The notes under the pieces are model-generated. The model worked only from the letters and a program-made list of their open reading frames with translations. It made no database searches and was not told the DNA's origin. This document shows positions 59,712 through 64,000 of a stretch of 64,000 nucleotides of DNA, piece by piece. Location of the stretch: contig CAXXVK010000052.1 in the NCBI GenBank assembly GCA_963676915.2, positions 64,001-128,000 on the forward strand, in the 5' to 3' direction. The stretch comes from Myxococcota bacterium. Lineage in GTDB: Bacteria; Myxococcota_A; SURF-8; G963663525. A program made the translations under genes and the position numbers. Position 1 is the stretch's first letter. Each line of letters begins with the position of its first letter.

Positions 59712-60299
59712 TCAGTCTTTGGCTTTATCCACTTTCGCGTCAGAGAGAACGAAAATCTGTCGCATCTTCTTCGCGAATTCCTTTCTCGCATAATACAAAC
59801 GGGATTTTACGGTGAGTTTGCCGGTGCCCACTCTTTTGGCAACTTCATCCAGGGAAAATTCCTCGATATCGTGAAGAACAAGAACCGTGCGTTTTTTCGG
59901 TCCAAGCGAATCCAACGCTTGAGCGATCAGCTCGATCATCTCTTTCTGTTCCGAAATCTGAAGCGGATTCGGCGTTGTCCCGGCAAGATGATCGAGAACT
60001 TTTTCCACATCGACCTGACCTGGTAATATGCGACGCCTGCGAATCTGCTGCAAAGCGACGTTGTAAACCAGTCTATAGAGCCACGTAGAAAACTTGCTGC
60101 GGTTCTTGAATGTCGGCAGCGATCGAAAAAGCTCCAAAAAGACCGTTTGGAGAATGTCCTCCAGATCCTGCACCGGTCCCACCACCGTATGCAGAATACG
60201 CAATACATCGGGACGAATCTCGTCGAACAGTTCACCATACGCCGATTCTTCTCCGGCGCCACAACGGCGAATCAATTCATTGACTATATCGTCACGCAA
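59712..60299 (-). CDS. ECF RNA polymerase sigma factor
   Basis: EDILQTVFL, F..RSKFSTWLYR, L....R.VLVLHDIEEFSLDEVA..TVKSRLYYAR. Confidence 0.93.
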   Translation of the reverse strand: MRDDIVNELIRRCGAGEESAYGELFDEIRPDVLRILHTVVGPVQDLEDILQTVFLELFRSLPTFKNRSKFSTWLYRLVYNVALQQIRRRRILPGQVDVEKVLDHLAGTTPNPLQISEQKEMIELIAQALDSLGPKKRTVLVLHDIEEFSLDEVAKRVGTGKLTVKSRLYYARKEFAKKMRQIFVLSDAKVDKAKD

Positions 60300-60708
60300 T
60301 GGACTTTCCCCGACTCAATCCTAACAGAAGCTTCGATCAACCTAACACGAATATCGGGAATGGCCAATAGAAACTGACTGGGTTTTCAAAGAACGTTAGC
60401 AAAAACACCCCTTGTTTATATTAGTAACACAATACATAAAAAAGAGTTAAAAAAATTATCTCGCAGGAGAAATTTCTCCTCTACCCCTATTTAATTTATC
60501 TTACACTACCCGTCTATTTATCCACATAAACACAAACGACTGTTAAGATACTCGTTTATGTCCATTAACTCTCTCGTTAGTATCCGTGAATGGTTTCCAG
60601 AAATAGAAGCAAAATTTTTACAAAAAGAATGTTTTTGGCGTATCTCTTTGAAATAGCAGGAGTAATTTCCGTTCGATTCTCGTTGCAATCGGGTGTTTTG
60701 TCTCTTCG

Positions 60709-60987
60709 TTAGCGGCTTTTCCCCAAATGCATCAAGCGAATAGATTCGTCCAAAATCGCTCGAAAAATTCGCGAAACACTTTCGCTTTCCAACGGTCCTT
60801 GATTGCTAGCAATGAGTTCGGCGAGCAAATCGTCTTCGCGCCGGATATCTTTCAGAGGCAACGATTGTTCATTTTTTAGTTTGGCAATACGAAGGGCACA
60901 AGCCACTCGGCGATTCAGCAACTCCAGGATGCTATCGTCCAAGGTATCGATTTCTTTGCGTAATTCTTCAAGAGTTTCGCTAGACAT
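60709..60987 (-). CDS. chorismate mutase (AroQ type)
   Basis: LEELRKEIDTLD..ILELLNRR, IAKLK, D..RE, IFRAILDES. Confidence 0.88.
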   Translation of the reverse strand: MSSETLEELRKEIDTLDDSILELLNRRVACALRIAKLKNEQSLPLKDIRREDDLLAELIASNQGPLESESVSRIFRAILDESIRLMHLGKSR

Positions 60988-61009
60988 GAAGATTTCATTC
61001 CCAAAAGTA

Positions 61010-62509
61010 TCAGTAGTCTCTTCCGTAATACTCGACTTGCAAACGCTCATAAAAGGCACAAACCATCGCGACCGAAAGAGGTATCGTCACCAACCATCCC
61101 ACGAAAAACAACAATCCTCCCAAGGTGTTACCACCAAGCAATAAAAGCGTCATTAGAAGTATGGAAACAACATGTTTTTTTGTAATTTCAAAGAGTTGTA
61201 CAAATGCTGACAGACCGAAAACTCCTTGGTCGCACACGACCAACAACAATAATAAATTGAAAAGACCGAAAACCAGTGAAAGAAACACGATAAGAATGTA
61301 CAATCCGATCGCCCAAGCGCTGTGTTCGACAAACGCACTTGGCTGAAGAAGTTCGATCAGATAATTTAATCCCCAGAAAAACAGGATCATCGGTAGAATC
61401 GTCAATCCTGCAGTAAAGAATCGTCGAAGGCCGGAAAACATATCGGAAAACCTGGTTTCTTTCCCTCGCATATCCTGAAGCGTTGTCCGAAACACCCCAC
61501 CCTGAAGAACGTAGAACAACAATACAAAAATCAGCGTAGCGGCAGCTGAAGATACCGAATACAATGAATTTTCAGCCAATTTCTGCACGAACTCCAACCA
61601 GTTGCCACCTTGTACGGAAACCACGATAAAAAGAAGAAGAGGCACCCAACTGCCAACTGCTGCTGCAAGTATCATCATCGGCAACCGAAACGGGTGTTTC
61701 AGGTAGCCTTTCCAACCGATTTTCACAGCGAATTTTATCGGATCTTCCTCTGTAAGCGAGGCAACAGGAATCACCCGGCCATACTCCACAATCGTCGTCG
61801 ATGTCTCTCGCATGATTTCACTTGGTCTGGGAGCCGACACTGGAGGTTTCCAGGTATTTTTAGGTTGCTCGTCCATGGCAACCGGTTGAACTTCGACTTC
61901 GACCACCGATTCCGGATCATCTTCAAGAGGCACAGCCTCGATTTCGACATAGGGAACAGACTCGGATTCCACCTCGATTTCCGGCAAGCTGTCCAACGAA
62001 GCATCGTCAATCGGTTCTGCTTCAACTTCGACAACGTCCATCGGCTCAACCGCAACTTCCGGCATTGAATCCTCGGCTTCGCCCAGGTCTTCTTCCGAAA
62101 TCGGCTTATCCGACACCTTTTTTCGCCAGGACGTTTCCTGGACAATCAAGGGAAAATGCATGGCCATTTTTCCCGAACCCTGCAAAATGCCTTCTTCGTT
62201 GACAGCACCGGCAAACACCAGGAAATATTCGTCGGAAATCCCTTCTTTCACCTGAAAACGCCGGGGAGAATCGGCCAGACCTTTCACATCGCCTTCTCGT
62301 AAAGCATCTCCTAAATACGTGAAACCTTCTTCAGTATTGGGTTCGAAACAAACACAAGGCTCTCCCGAAGGTGCTTTTCCATGATACAATTTACATCTTA
62401 CAAGCTTTTCTATTTCCAAAACCTGGAATAAACGAGCGTACGCGTTGTATACTGCCGGTCCCCGACCCAATTTATTTACATCAAACAATATGGCGATTTG
62501 GCGTCTCAT
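61010..62509 (-). CDS. membrane protein: N-terminal globular domain, acidic VEVE repeat linker, 5-TM C-terminal domain
   Basis: Repeated (V/I)E(V/I)E.P units; G.L..FVG.LVTIP..Y C-terminal TM motif. Confidence 0.7.
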   Translation of the reverse strand: MRRQIAILFDVNKLGRGPAVYNAYARLFQVLEIEKLVRCKLYHGKAPSGEPCVCFEPNTEEGFTYLGDALREGDVKGLADSPRRFQVKEGISDEYFLVFAGAVNEEGILQGSGKMAMHFPLIVQETSWRKKVSDKPISEEDLGEAEDSMPEVAVEPMDVVEVEAEPIDDASLDSLPEIEVESESVPYVEIEAVPLEDDPESVVEVEVQPVAMDEQPKNTWKPPVSAPRPSEIMRETSTTIVEYGRVIPVASLTEEDPIKFAVKIGWKGYLKHPFRLPMMILAAAVGSWVPLLLFIVVSVQGGNWLEFVQKLAENSLYSVSSAAATLIFVLLFYVLQGGVFRTTLQDMRGKETRFSDMFSGLRRFFTAGLTILPMILFFWGLNYLIELLQPSAFVEHSAWAIGLYILIVFLSLVFGLFNLLLLLVVCDQGVFGLSAFVQLFEITKKHVVSILLMTLLLLGGNTLGGLLFFVGWLVTIPLSVAMVCAFYERLQVEYYGRDY

Positions 62510-62627
62510 GGTTTCTCCGACCGCGAGAAAAGAAAAGCTATCCGAATGAAAGCACTGAATCGCATTTCATCAGATAACGCAAAATTTCGTAAATAAATCT
62601 TATTTCGGTTCGATAACGTTCCGAAAT

Positions 62628-63725
62628 TTATCGTTTTTCCTGCATGGTCTCCCGATCGATCCGCCACAAGCGGCTCGATGCGTCGAAACCATACAGGTTG
62701 CCTGATCGATCTACCGCCAACGCACTTGGACGCTGCACCACGCTTTCGGTCTGTTCGTCCTTCAAAAAAACCTCACTCACCGTCCGATCCAATCCTACGG
62801 CCAGGACTTGGTTTTCCAATGGCAATCCAACGAGAATCATTGAATCTCGATTCGAATACGCCAGGCGGTAAGGCCGGTTTAGAGATATCAATGGATCGGG
62901 TGGGGTTTCCACAGAAAAACTTCGATCCTCGTTCCCGACATAGTTTCCTACAATCCATCCTGAACTTTCCCCGAGTCGCAACGTTCTTAACATTTCGTTG
63001 CGGGAGTCGGTGAAAAACACAACCTGCTGGTTTCCGAAATCCAAAGCCAGTAGATCCGTAGGAGTATTCAAAAGCGCCGCTTCCGCATCGGTTTCAAACA
63101 AACTGTACCCACTGCCTCCCGAGCGATTCGCCTGCCGAATCCATGTACCGGTTTCGGCATCCGCCTGAAAAATCCGATTCAAAGCGGCATCGAGAATCAA
63201 AACCGTCACTCGGTCATCATCCAGTACACAATCCACTGCCACAGGCTTTTTCAGAGCGATCCACCCACCGAGATCGGCATCCATCACGCGGAATTCCGAA
63301 AATCCCTCTTCAGGATGATCCGGGCTCCATAAAACAACCCGCTCATTTCCGGTATCGGCAATAACCAACCGACCATCGGGGCAAACTGCCAAGTCGGTTG
63401 GAAAATACAACAGCTGCTCGTCTTTGCCGCTCTCTTCGCAGATTCCCGTAGCAGTCGTCACTTGTTCCGTATTTAAATCAATCTCTCGAACACAGTGATT
63501 GAAACTGTCGGCAACCCACAAACGACTGGAAGAAGCGAAAACCATTCCCTGCGGTTCACCGAAACGCGCTTCGCTTAGGGAACCGTCCAAAAAACCGTTC
63601 CCACCTCCTAAAAACGTTACGGTCGGTTCTCCAAATGCAGAACCACCAGACAAATAGACAAACAACAGTACCCATCCCATGCGAAATACAGGATTAGAAC
63701 ATCGTTTGACTGCGTTTCGACTCAT
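62628..63725 (-). CDS. secreted NHL-repeat beta-propeller protein
   Basis: G..G..DG...ARF..P.G, VADSFNHCVR, P.DLAV..DG.L.IADTGN, L..P..LA. Confidence 0.85.
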   Translation of the reverse strand: MSRNAVKRCSNPVFRMGWVLLFVYLSGGSAFGEPTVTFLGGGNGFLDGSLSEARFGEPQGMVFASSSRLWVADSFNHCVREIDLNTEQVTTATGICEESGKDEQLLYFPTDLAVCPDGRLVIADTGNERVVLWSPDHPEEGFSEFRVMDADLGGWIALKKPVAVDCVLDDDRVTVLILDAALNRIFQADAETGTWIRQANRSGGSGYSLFETDAEAALLNTPTDLLALDFGNQQVVFFTDSRNEMLRTLRLGESSGWIVGNYVGNEDRSFSVETPPDPLISLNRPYRLAYSNRDSMILVGLPLENQVLAVGLDRTVSEVFLKDEQTESVVQRPSALAVDRSGNLYGFDASSRLWRIDRETMQEKR

Positions 63726-63727
63726 TC

Positions 63728-64000
63728 CTAAATCTTGCCGGCGGCTTCCTCATCCATCAAGCGGAAGCCCTCAAGCATCAGATTTTCGGGAGAAGTCATA
63801 ATCTTCTGTTCGGGTAACGTAACCGAAGTTTCCAAAGAGAACGTTCCGCTATTCCAGCGCAATAGCTGATAAAACGCTTCTTCGCCTTCGAGATCTTTAT
63901 AACTGGAGTTGATTACCATTCCGCCGGTAACGAAAATCCGGCCTTCTTCGCCTTCTCCATTTTGCACGACGAGCATTCCGGTTTTCCGACCATTGGTCAG
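63728..64000 (-). CDS. DUF4388 (PatA_N-like) domain protein, 5' part outside window
   Basis: L..GRKTGMLVV..G.EGRIF...G.VI.S......GEEAFYQLLRW.SG.F, L.LEG.R.MDE. Confidence 0.85.
   Translation of the reverse strand: MTNGRKTGMLVVQNGEGEEGRIFVTGGMVINSSYKDLEGEEAFYQLLRWNSGTFSLETSVTLPEQKIMTSPENLMLEGFRLMDEEAAGKI

Overview
Gene-dense chromosomal window, mostly minus-strand. It probably comes from a Myxococcota/Deltaproteobacteria-like bacterium, inferred from the gspC-N type II secretion layout with PilM-like GspL, a TIGR04552-like gene, a MYXO-CTERM-like tail, acidic Cys-rich lipoproteins and DUF4388. The centre is a complete ~16 kb T2SS operon (gspC-D-E-F-G'-G-H-I-J-K-L-M-N plus a lipoprotein). Upstream of it is a full sigma54 architecture: a -24/-12 box, two near-identical 17-bp palindromic enhancer-like sites and an IHF-like site. 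The operon is flanked by many predicted surface lipoproteins carrying three different disulfide-rich repeat types, one of them disintegrin-like, and by a MYXO-CTERM-like protein. Two T2SS pseudopilins are atypical: a GspG-like protein with a lipobox and no Glu5, and GspJ with Cys instead of Gly at -1. Five radical SAM genes (four B12-binding) lie in two apparent sugar-tailoring clusters (MTase-rSAM-GT2-flippase-GT-C; rSAM-rSAM-rSAM-DegT) or next to selD. Housekeeping and regulatory genes include selD, cysS, chorismate mutase, an ECF sigma/FecR anti-sigma pair and nadB, which is split by a -1 frameshift. No RNA genes, CRISPR arrays or mobile elements were recognised. All family assignments come from motifs read by eye; no database searches were run.
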